A DNA stretch of 32,000 bases from Lachnospiraceae bacterium (GTDB lineage Bacteria; Bacillota; Clostridia; Lachnospirales; Lachnospiraceae): positions 1,166 through 33,165 of the forward strand of contig JAAUZH010000018.1 of assembly GCA_014804675.1 (NCBI GenBank), read 5' to 3'. The number at the start of each line of letters is the position of its first letter. Within the stretch, counting starts at the first letter, position 1. Positions 8,552 to 16,603 of the stretch are shown here, in pieces. The notes under the pieces are model-generated. The model was given only the letters and a program-made list of their open reading frames with translations, made no database searches and was not told the origin of the DNA. The translations under genes and the position numbers were made by a program.

Positions 8552-9268
8552 ATGCAAATATGCGGCTACAATAAAACAACCTTATTAGATTATCCGGAGC
8601 ATGTTGCTGCAACTATCTTTTTGGGCGGCTGTAATTTCAGATGCCCCTTTTGCCACAATGGAGAGCTGGTGCTTCATCCCGATACCTTGCCCTCTATTTC
8701 CATAGAGGAACTATTGTCTTTTTTTAAAAAGCGCACTGGCATACTGACAGGTGTCTGCATTACAGGAGGAGAACCTGCATTGGCGAAAGAACTTCCGGAG
8801 CTAATCAGGCGCATTAAGGCGCTGGGACTTTCCGTAAAGCTGGATACGAATGGTTCAAAACCGAATGTGTTGGAAGGTTTGATAAAAGACTGTTTGTTAG
8901 ATTATATTGCAATGGATATTAAGGGAGACAGAGAACAATACGGAACCATTGCAGGATTTCCCCAAACTGCCTGCAGCAATATTTCTGATTTTGATATAAG
9001 ACCCTTGGAAGAATCCATTGGACTGATACGAAACAGCGGCATTCCTTATGAATTCAGGACCACTGTAATAAAAGAATTCCACTGCAGGGAGTCCTTTGAA
9101 AAAATCGGTCAGTGGCTCCATGGCAGCGATAAATATTTTCTACAAAATTATGAAGAAAGCCCAAATGTGATACAAAAGGGATTTCATGGATACTCAAAGG
9201 AGGAACTTCTGGAATTTCGTCAGATTCTTATTCCTCATTTTCATCTGATTGACATCCGGGGAATTTAA
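8552..9268 (+). CDS. Radical SAM activase of the anaerobic ribonucleotide reductase activating (NrdG-like) type
   Basis: The ORF-track start is 8522, but ATG 8552 has SD AGAGGTG at 5 nt. The N-terminus MQICGYNKTTLLDYPEHVAATIFLGGCNFRCPFCHN is the characteristic activase N-terminus with CxxxCxxC. No nrdD or glycyl-radical partner is in the window. Confidence 0.8.
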   Translation: MQICGYNKTTLLDYPEHVAATIFLGGCNFRCPFCHNGELVLHPDTLPSISIEELLSFFKKRTGILTGVCITGGEPALAKELPELIRRIKALGLSVKLDTNGSKPNVLEGLIKDCLLDYIAMDIKGDREQYGTIAGFPQTACSNISDFDIRPLEESIGLIRNSGIPYEFRTTVIKEFHCRESFEKIGQWLHGSDKYFLQNYEESPNVIQKGFHGYSKEELLEFRQILIPHFHLIDIRGI

Positions 9269-9289
9269 AATTCCCGAAATAAATTGTAC

Positions 9290-10078
9290 TCATTCAAAAT
9301 AATACCCAAATTCCCCCACTGTTTTTTCCTCTTCCTGAAGGGAATCCTTTCCAGCGCCTTTCTCTTTCTTTGCCGGAACAAAATTGGGAAAGCCAAACAT
9401 TGCTGCTACCATTTCCTCCCGATAATAATAGTTTCCCGGCACTCCTACCAGAAACTTGTCTCCTTCTTTCCGTATCAGCAGGTGCCTGTAATTAAAGTAT
9501 CCATGAAGTAGGAAGCTATTATGCTCTAACGGCTCTAAATCCTTTGACAGCTCTCCAAGCTCACTGATTCTGGACATATAATATTCATTTTCCCTTCCTG
9601 CCAGCTTGACCATTTTCTGACCGGATTCGCCGGAACTTTTCTTTTTTTCCTGGCTGTCTCTTATCGGAACACATTCGATTTCATCCTTGCTTATCTGCTG
9701 CATCCGAATAGGATGCTTTTCCTCATAAAGCGCTGTAAGCTCCTGCCTTGCATCAACCTTTTTATTCCTTACATATATTTTCCGCTCTTCTGATATAAAC
9801 AATTCTACTTCTATATCCTCATAGGAATGCTCCCAGGAAAATTCAAATCCTCTCTGCCAGTCCGCCTTTTCAATTTCCACCCATCTTGTATAGGAAACAG
9901 TTCCCCCACTTGAAACTATAAACTTACATTCAATTGGATAAAGACATGGTATTTTCTTAATATAAATCTCAGCTTTTCCCACATTTCCCCGAAAAAAAAG
10001 CTTAACACTTCCAACATTCTCCGTATTATTTTTTCCATCCTGATAATCCAAATAACGGATATCTCTGTAAAAATCCAA
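9290..10078 (-). CDS. Hypothetical two-domain protein
   Basis: The ORF is open to 10126, where the start is TTG with no SD. TTG at 10078 is preceded by AAGGAGG at 6 nt. The layout is a beta-rich N-terminal part, a charged linker (SQEKKKSSGESGQK), and a conserved-looking C-terminus NSFLLHGYFNYRHLLI...VGVPGNYYYREEMVAAMFGFPNF. No known motif recognised. Confidence 0.55.
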   Translation of the reverse strand: MDFYRDIRYLDYQDGKNNTENVGSVKLFFRGNVGKAEIYIKKIPCLYPIECKFIVSSGGTVSYTRWVEIEKADWQRGFEFSWEHSYEDIEVELFISEERKIYVRNKKVDARQELTALYEEKHPIRMQQISKDEIECVPIRDSQEKKKSSGESGQKMVKLAGRENEYYMSRISELGELSKDLEPLEHNSFLLHGYFNYRHLLIRKEGDKFLVGVPGNYYYREEMVAAMFGFPNFVPAKKEKGAGKDSLQEEEKTVGEFGYYFE

Positions 10079-10167
10079 AATACCCCCTCCTTGTCCATTC
10101 CTACTACTAACTATGTGTATGCACAAGAAGAGGGATATATGCCTTAATATAAAAAATACTTATCCAC

Positions 10168-11253
10168 CTAATATTCCATATTCTCCAAATACTTCAAATA
10201 ACTAACTACCATAAGGGCAATTTTCAAGGTAAGGGCATCATCAAATACTCGGATATCAAGCCCGCTGGATTTTTGAAGCTTTTCCAACCGGTAAAGCAGA
10301 GTATTTCTGTGTACAAACAGCTTTCTGGCCGTTTCCGACACGTTCAGATTATTTTCTAAAAATGCGTTTATTGTGCTAATCGTCTCTTCATCCAGATTAT
10401 CCGGCATTTTCTGCCCGAATATTTCTTCAATGAACATCTGGCAGAGGCTCACCGGAAGCTGATAAATCAAACGGCCGATTCCCAATGTGCCATAGGATAT
10501 TACATCTTTATCCGCATAAAAAATCTTTCCTACATCCAAAGCCATTTTTGCTTCCTTATAGCTTTTTGACACATCCTTTAACTCATTCACGATATTGCCA
10601 TAAGCCACCTTTACTTTTATCATGGCTTCTGCATTGATCATATCCACAATGGTACGGCATACCTCTTCCACGCTCTGGTAGCTTTGATCCTTTTCCATCC
10701 GCTTTATGATAATTATGCTTTTTTCATCCACAGCCGTTACGAAGTCTCCCACCTGAGAAGAAAATAAGCTTTTCAGCATTTCCAGGGCTCCATTATCCTT
10801 ATCATATCTTGTTTCTACCAGACAGACCACCCTTGACACATCAATATCTATATGCAGCTTTTTGGCCCGATTATAAATATCCACCAATAATAGATTGTCC
10901 AAAATTAAGTTTTGAAAAAAATTGTTTTTGTCAAACCGTTCCTTATAGGCTATAATCAGATTCTGAATCTGGCTTACCGCAATCTTGGCAATCGTGTAAT
11001 CCTCATTGCTGTCTTCACATACTAATACGTATGCCACCTCGTCTTCATCAAATATTTTTAAATACAGATGCCCTGCTACTGCCTGACTGTCCGCCGGTGA
11101 GGCAATAAATTCTTCAATCCTTCCTTCATCTATCTGAATCTTACCAGAAGTATCCGCCATAATTGCTCCGGATTCACTTACGACCACCAATCCTACTTTT
11201 GTTATTGACTTCAAATCTTCAATACTGGTCTGTATAACCCCTGCTGATAACAT
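10168..11253 (-). CDS. PucR/CdaR family transcriptional regulator
   Basis: C-terminal PucR-type HTH (NVSETARKLFVHRNTLLYRLEKLQKSSGLDI). The ORF extends to 11295, but that start is only 3 nt from a strong terminator. ATG 11253 follows AAGGAGGA. Confidence 0.8.
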   Translation of the reverse strand: MLSAGVIQTSIEDLKSITKVGLVVVSESGAIMADTSGKIQIDEGRIEEFIASPADSQAVAGHLYLKIFDEDEVAYVLVCEDSNEDYTIAKIAVSQIQNLIIAYKERFDKNNFFQNLILDNLLLVDIYNRAKKLHIDIDVSRVVCLVETRYDKDNGALEMLKSLFSSQVGDFVTAVDEKSIIIIKRMEKDQSYQSVEEVCRTIVDMINAEAMIKVKVAYGNIVNELKDVSKSYKEAKMALDVGKIFYADKDVISYGTLGIGRLIYQLPVSLCQMFIEEIFGQKMPDNLDEETISTINAFLENNLNVSETARKLFVHRNTLLYRLEKLQKSSGLDIRVFDDALTLKIALMVVSYLKYLENMEY

Positions 11254-11297
11254 GTACTGCCTTGTCCTCCTTATTGCACATTTGACTTTGCACACTT

Positions 11298-11327
11298 AAA
11301 AAAGGGGAGATACCTGCGTATCTCCCC
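11298..11327 (-). terminator. Rho-independent terminator after the ABC ATPase gene
   Basis: On the minus strand: GGGGAGATAC-GCAG-GTATCTCCCC followed by TTTTTT. The stem is a perfect 10 bp, GC-rich at its base, 12 nt after the stop. Confidence 0.8.
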
Positions 11328-11338
11328 ATGGCTAAACT

Positions 11339-12451
11339 TTAGTTGGTAATAACCATTTCTGTTTCTTTGTCAAAGATGTGGATTTTTTCTACATCAATAG
11401 CAAATTTAACAATGTCGCCAGGTCTTGCTGTTGTACGGGAATCAACTCTGGCTGTCATTGGGAACTCTTCTAAGTCAAAATACAAGTAAACTTCTGCACC
11501 AAGTAATTCGTATACCTTTACAGTAGCTTCAAATGTGCTCTGCGGAGAAGCTTCTATCATCATTTCGGAATCATATACATCTTCCGGACGGATACCAAAG
11601 GTAACGGTTCTTCCGTTATAACCGCCTTCAATCAGCTTTTTGGATTTTGCTGGTGGAAGTGGGATGAAGTGACCAGCTACTTTTAATACTGCTGTATCAT
11701 CTACTACTTCTACTACTGCATCTAAGAAGTTCATCTGAGGTGATCCCATGAAACCTGCAACGAATAAGTTATTTGGTTTGGAGTATAAGTTCTGTGGTGT
11801 ATCTACCTGCTGTACGATACCATCCTTCATAACTACGATTCTTGTACCAAGTGTCATAGCCTCTGTCTGGTCATGAGTTACGTAGATGATGGTAGTACCT
11901 AATCTCTGATGCAGTTTTGCAATTTCGATACGCATCTGTACACGAAGCTTTGCATCCAGGTTGGAAAGCGGCTCGTCCATAAGGAATACTTTAGGATTAC
12001 GAACGATAGCACGACCCATAGCAACACGCTGTCTCTGACCACCAGATAAAGCCTTTGGCTTACGATCAAGAAGTGGAGTCAAGTCCAAAATCTTTGCTGC
12101 TTCTTTTACCATTTTATCGATTTCATCTTTTGGCACTTTTCTTAATTTAAGACCAAAAGCCATGTTATCATAAACGGACATATGCGGATACAAAGCATAG
12201 TTCTGGAATACCATTGCAATATCTCTGTCCTTTGGCTCTACATCATTTACTAATCTGTCACCGATTCTAAGTTCACCGGAAGAAATATCTTCAAGCCCTG
12301 CAATCATACGGAGTGTAGTAGACTTACCACATCCGGAAGGACCTACGAAGATGATGAATTCCTGATCTGCGATTTCAAGATTGAAATCTTTCACTGCTTC
12401 AAATCCGTTTGGATATACTTTACAAACGTTTTTTAAAGATAAACTTGCCAT
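11339..12451 (-). CDS. Carbohydrate ABC transporter ATP-binding protein (MalK/MsmX/UgpC type), with no cognate permease adjacent
   Basis: Walker A GPSGCGKST, signature LSGGQRQR, Walker B VFLMDEPLSNLD, and a C-terminal TOBE/MalK-like regulatory domain. Confidence 0.9.
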   Translation of the reverse strand: MASLSLKNVCKVYPNGFEAVKDFNLEIADQEFIIFVGPSGCGKSTTLRMIAGLEDISSGELRIGDRLVNDVEPKDRDIAMVFQNYALYPHMSVYDNMAFGLKLRKVPKDEIDKMVKEAAKILDLTPLLDRKPKALSGGQRQRVAMGRAIVRNPKVFLMDEPLSNLDAKLRVQMRIEIAKLHQRLGTTIIYVTHDQTEAMTLGTRIVVMKDGIVQQVDTPQNLYSKPNNLFVAGFMGSPQMNFLDAVVEVVDDTAVLKVAGHFIPLPPAKSKKLIEGGYNGRTVTFGIRPEDVYDSEMMIEASPQSTFEATVKVYELLGAEVYLYFDLEEFPMTARVDSRTTARPGDIVKFAIDVEKIHIFDKETEMVITN

Positions 12452-12609
12452 TGAAATTTCCTCCTAAAATTTACTTTTCTTTTTCCGGTTCTTATAAAAC
12501 CCTACTCCAAGTATATAATAACTATGAGTTTTTGCCTATACTCGTATTATACAAATATTTTAAATTTTCCTATACATGTTGCCCAATCTGGTACAAGGGG
12601 GCTTTGGCA

Positions 12610-14088
12610 TCATTCCTTTTCCTCTTCATCCCGATAAAATGCCAGCTGCTTCTTACCTCTTTGCTTTGCCTTATAAAGAGCTCTGTCTGCCGCTTTGTAC
12701 AAATCTTCAAAATTATCCGCATCTCTTGGAAATACGGCGCATCCAATGCTGGCGGTTACTTTATATTTGGAATACTGCCCTACCTTAAAATCCCGAAACA
12801 GCTCTGCCACCCGGCCAGATTCCTTTTTCAGAATACTTTCATCTTTCAAATTCTTTAAAAAGAGAATAAATTCATCCCCGCCGACTCTTCCGATAACATC
12901 GGACATTCTGAATTCTGCCTTTAGACGCATTCCGATAGTACGAAGGACTTCATCTCCAAAAGCATGGCCTCTCGTGTCGTTAATCTTTTTGAAATCATCA
13001 ATATCAAATACAAACATAAGCGCCTGGGAATCCTGATTTTCACTTATATAGTCCTTGATTTTACGTTCTGTTGCTATTTTGTTGTTTAGTTCCGTCAACA
13101 GATCCGTATCCGCTTTTTGCTCCAATACCCGCTTCCGATCATTATAACGCTTCTTGTTTATTACATTGACCACTACAACTAATATAACAAAGAGCGCCAG
13201 GGCTCCCATCATATTCACTATCATATTTCTGGTTGCTGTCCACTGGCTGTTCTTTATCCCATCAACATAGCTGTTAGTCACTCCCATTACAAAATACCAG
13301 TTATTGACTTCTAACGGGGTGAATACACAATATACTTCCTCTTTTCCAATCTTTGCAACAAAATTGCTTTCTTGGGTCAGCGGCACTTTATCCTGTATGA
13401 TTTCTGCCGTCTCTTCGTCTTGATTATAAGCTTTTAGGTATTCAAAAAAATTCCCCTCCTCCAAAAGTGAAGTACTGGAATAAATCAGATTCCCCTCTGC
13501 ATCTATAACGGTAAACCAGGTTCGGCCGTCATAATCCGAAATTGTAACATATTTTTTCAGCAACTCCGATTTAAAGTACGATATTACATAACCTCCATAA
13601 TGACTTAATGGGGTAACTGCTACAATCGTATATGCACCTTCTATGAGCTCATCCTTCATACATAGATAAAATGTCCCGGAACCGGATTCAGTGCCTTTCA
13701 GACTTTCCATATCCAATTCTACCGGCTCTCCCGTATTACGGAATCCTCTTCCGTTTTCATCTACTAATGCAGAAGAATATATTAAATTCGTACTCAAAAG
13801 AGCCGTCAGGCATTTCTCCGTAGGAACATCCTGTCCTTTCTCTGTCTCATCCAACAAAACCGAAACTGGTTCCTGAGCGCTTTTTATCCGTTGCAAATAA
13901 GCGGAAATCTTTGCCGCATATCCTCTTGCAACTGCAGCAATATTGTTTTCCGTTTTCTGATTGATGCTTTTGCTCTGCGTCATGCTGTAATGATACAGCA
14001 TAAATGATACTACTAGAAAAAATGCAATGGCAGGAAACAACCATTGAAGCAAGATGCTTTTTGTTCCCGAATCCTTTTTCTTTTTCAT
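12610..14088 (-). CDS. Membrane-bound diguanylate cyclase: TM, Cache-like extracytoplasmic sensor, TM, GGDEF
   Basis: GGDEF is intact (RVGGDEFILF). The RxxD I-site (RMSD) lies exactly 5 residues upstream. Two TM segments (LLQWLFPAIAFFLVVSFMLY and MMGALALFVILVVVVNVI) flank about 260 aa with Cache-like strands (LVDENGRGF, VIDAEGNLIYSS). The ORF opens at 14094, but the SD AAAGGTGA abuts that ATG, so 14088 is the likelier start. Confidence 0.85.
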   Translation of the reverse strand: MKKKKDSGTKSILLQWLFPAIAFFLVVSFMLYHYSMTQSKSINQKTENNIAAVARGYAAKISAYLQRIKSAQEPVSVLLDETEKGQDVPTEKCLTALLSTNLIYSSALVDENGRGFRNTGEPVELDMESLKGTESGSGTFYLCMKDELIEGAYTIVAVTPLSHYGGYVISYFKSELLKKYVTISDYDGRTWFTVIDAEGNLIYSSTSLLEEGNFFEYLKAYNQDEETAEIIQDKVPLTQESNFVAKIGKEEVYCVFTPLEVNNWYFVMGVTNSYVDGIKNSQWTATRNMIVNMMGALALFVILVVVVNVINKKRYNDRKRVLEQKADTDLLTELNNKIATERKIKDYISENQDSQALMFVFDIDDFKKINDTRGHAFGDEVLRTIGMRLKAEFRMSDVIGRVGGDEFILFLKNLKDESILKKESGRVAELFRDFKVGQYSKYKVTASIGCAVFPRDADNFEDLYKAADRALYKAKQRGKKQLAFYRDEEEKE

Positions 14089-14104
14089 AGTCATTCACCT
14101 TTAT

Positions 14105-14743
14105 TTAACTATCCTTTTCTTCCTCCGGTTCTTCTGGCTCAAATTTCTTAAATATCTTATCCATCCAACAGGCATTAGTATAGCTGGTCACAGAAAATCC
14201 AAGAGCCACAAACAATGGCAGCCACCTTAAGGAAACTATCACCAGAACTATAGGAAAACAGGAAAAAACAAGCATCAGCAATGTCTTTGGTATTTGTAAG
14301 ATACTGATGAACAGTGCGTTTTTCATTGTGTTTTTAACAGTATTTTCAAATCGTGACAGTACAGGGAACACATACAACATTTCAAAAGCAAACAACAGGA
14401 TGCTTAAAAATACGATGCATTCCACCGCAAAAGCAAGGGTTCCTTCCATATTGTTAATCAGGAAGAACTCTCCACCAATCACACTTCCTATGCATAATAG
14501 AATCAGCCAGATAACTGTTGCCTGCCCGAAATTTTCTTTAAAGGAACGAAAAAAATCTTTTATGATATATCCCTCTTCATTTCTTGACATTCGCAGTGTT
14601 ACATAATAAAGAGCCGTAGTAGATGCTCCAATGGTAATTACCGGAATGCTGCAGATCATATAGAGTAAATTCAGGACAACCAAATCCGTTGCCTTACTCA
14701 AAAAGGAAATGAACGGTCCCTCCATGTTGAATATATTTTTCAT
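14105..14743 (-). CDS. YesL/DUF624 family integral membrane protein
   Basis: 212 aa with multiple TM segments. The N-terminal consensus is typical of DUF624 (FISFLSKATDLVVLNLLYMICSIPVITIGASTTALYYV...DFFRSFKENF). The start codon directly abuts the HD-GYP stop, with zero intergenic nt. Confidence 0.8.
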   Translation of the reverse strand: MKNIFNMEGPFISFLSKATDLVVLNLLYMICSIPVITIGASTTALYYVTLRMSRNEEGYIIKDFFRSFKENFGQATVIWLILLCIGSVIGGEFFLINNMEGTLAFAVECIVFLSILLFAFEMLYVFPVLSRFENTVKNTMKNALFISILQIPKTLLMLVFSCFPIVLVIVSLRWLPLFVALGFSVTSYTNACWMDKIFKKFEPEEPEEEKDS

Positions 14744-16006
14744 TTATTCTCTTCCTTTGCCCTTGAAGTTGGAATATACCTGATCAAATCTTTCATTTAA
14801 ATGCTTGTGGCGCTTCAGCATATGTTCTGACTGTTCTCTTGCTTTCCCAACAATATAATCATAATTATCTATCACGATTCCTACAATTTCTCTGCTTAGC
14901 TTCTTCTTATCAGCTTCTTCCTTCAGACTGTCCACAATCTCCTGCTTGCTCATGGGCTTTCTGTAAAGACGTGTGTTGACCATAGCCGTCAGGGAATCCG
15001 CTATCTGAAGAATCTTCTGGGAATCGTTCATCTCCACTGACTTTAATCCTTTTGGATATCCTTTGCCGTTCAGCCTTTCATGATGGGCAACTGCAATGGA
15101 AACCACTTCCTTATCCACCCGGTTGCTTAAAATACCTTCTGCCACCTCTACGTGGGTCTGCATCAATTCCCTTTCCTCTTTGGTAAAAATTTTATCGGAA
15201 TCAATCATGGACTTTGAAATGGCAAGCATACCGATATCATGAATCAAAGCGGCATAATACAGCTTGTTGATGTTCGACTTGCTAAATCCCATCATTTTCG
15301 CAATTTCCTCGCAAATACACACGCAGGTCACACCATCCACAACCTTATATTTGCTCCGGAAGCTTAAACAGTACATGAGCATTTCCATAGCCTGTTTCTT
15401 TTCTTCATTAGTAAACATGATATAATCCATCAATTCATCCAGCTCTGCTTCATAAGCGTCCGTCTGAATCTTATTAAAAATATCATATGTTTGCTGTGCC
15501 TGTTCAAAAAGACGAATGGCTTCTTCTGAATATTTGATTCCCTCATACTTACGAAATACGGAATGATTAAATTGACTTCCAAGAGCATTGCGATAAATAT
15601 CCACCTTTTCCGCATAATTTATGTAATTAGCTATATCTTTATAGGGAAAATTCAGATGCCTGGTTACCGAATAATCTGAATTATGGTATAGGAGAATCTT
15701 TGCCTTTTCTTTCAAGGGAGAAAGATTATTCATAAATAAATATCCGTATATGGAATGTGGAATAGGCTCCCTCATTTCAAACCGCAGCATATCCTCCAGA
15801 TTATCAGTTTTATAAGCTCCGATATCATGCAGAGTCGTAAGCATGGCAAATTCCGCAATCTCAAATTTCTCGTAACCGCCTTTGCATTCCAGCATTTTGT
15901 ACACCATGTAGGCTGTCCGGGAACCATGCTTCATCAACCGCTTATCAATTAATTTTAATGTATCTCTTGTTAAAAGAAAAATATTCTTACTGCTAATAAA
16001 ATCCAT
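14744..16006 (-). CDS. HD-GYP domain phosphodiesterase with an additional N-terminal HD-like domain
   Basis: The C-terminal half carries IHDIGM...THVEVAEG...HHERLNGKGYPKGL (HD-GYP signature). The N-terminal half carries KHGSRTA...LHDIGAYK...PHSIYG...LYHNSDY, which is HD-like with no GYP. SD GGAGGTGG precedes the ATG. Confidence 0.85.
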   Translation of the reverse strand: MDFISSKNIFLLTRDTLKLIDKRLMKHGSRTAYMVYKMLECKGGYEKFEIAEFAMLTTLHDIGAYKTDNLEDMLRFEMREPIPHSIYGYLFMNNLSPLKEKAKILLYHNSDYSVTRHLNFPYKDIANYINYAEKVDIYRNALGSQFNHSVFRKYEGIKYSEEAIRLFEQAQQTYDIFNKIQTDAYEAELDELMDYIMFTNEEKKQAMEMLMYCLSFRSKYKVVDGVTCVCICEEIAKMMGFSKSNINKLYYAALIHDIGMLAISKSMIDSDKIFTKEERELMQTHVEVAEGILSNRVDKEVVSIAVAHHERLNGKGYPKGLKSVEMNDSQKILQIADSLTAMVNTRLYRKPMSKQEIVDSLKEEADKKKLSREIVGIVIDNYDYIVGKAREQSEHMLKRHKHLNERFDQVYSNFKGKGRE

Positions 16007-16033
16007 AATCCGCCACCTCCCACCTTATACTTT

Positions 16034-16062
16034 ATACTACCAAAAATCCGCCCGTTTTTCAA
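16034..16062 (-). promoter_or_regulatory. Candidate SigA-type promoter for the HD-GYP/YesL/GGDEF operon
   Basis: On the minus strand: TTGAAA, 17 nt, TAGTAT, with TG at the extended -10 position (TGGTAGTAT), about 28 nt upstream of the ATG. An alternative perfect TATAAT (complement of 16075-16080) has a poor -35. Confidence 0.4.
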
Positions 16063-16105
16063 TGAATCTTCCAAATTATACAAATTTCTGTCCGTAAATA
16101 CCCTG

Positions 16106-16585
16106 CTACAGGAAAAGGATCATAGGAGTATAGCGCACACCTTGTTTTATCAGCTCCACATCGGTATCATGAAAACCCAGTCTGTGATAAAAGCCGATAC
16201 CGTAGGGAGAGGCATTCACTGTTACCTTATACTCTCCCATTTCCGTCACAAGATAGTTTTTCAGATATTCCATAAGCGCCCTCCCTATTCCCTGATAATG
16301 ATAACGCTCATCCACAAATAAAAGGGATATGTGGCTACGATCCCGCAGGCTAATCATGCCTATAAGCTCATTTTTATAAAAGGCTCCGAAAATCTGATAA
16401 TATCCTTTTTTAAACATTTTATAAAGCACAGGGTCTGTAATGAAATCTTGAAAGCTTTGGATCCCCTCCTTTGAATAATCACCTGCTTCAAAGCGCAAAA
16501 AGGTTTTCCATACAAGGCCCATGACTTCTTCATATTCTTTCCAGCTTATAGGACATACTTGCAGTTTTTCCCTTTCAATTTTCAT
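16106..16585 (-). CDS. GNAT family N-acetyltransferase
   Basis: 159 aa. Acetyl-CoA binding motif A region LLFVDERYHYQGIGRALMEY (Q/RxxGxG/A). Confidence 0.85.
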   Translation of the reverse strand: MKIEREKLQVCPISWKEYEEVMGLVWKTFLRFEAGDYSKEGIQSFQDFITDPVLYKMFKKGYYQIFGAFYKNELIGMISLRDRSHISLLFVDERYHYQGIGRALMEYLKNYLVTEMGEYKVTVNASPYGIGFYHRLGFHDTDVELIKQGVRYTPMILFL

Positions 16586-16603
16586 AACATCCCTCTTTTG
16601 TTT

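Noticed and set aside
9259-9275. 7-bp A/T-rich hairpin (gggaatt taa aattccc) between the convergent activase and hypothetical genes
   Set aside because: It overlaps the activase stop codon and has no U-tract on either strand, so it is too weak to call a terminator.
13847-14098. 83-aa minus-strand ORF overlapping the GGDEF gene's N-terminus in another frame
   Set aside because: It is an alternative frame of the same strand. The main frame encodes the expected TM and Cache architecture, and this ORF has no independent SD.
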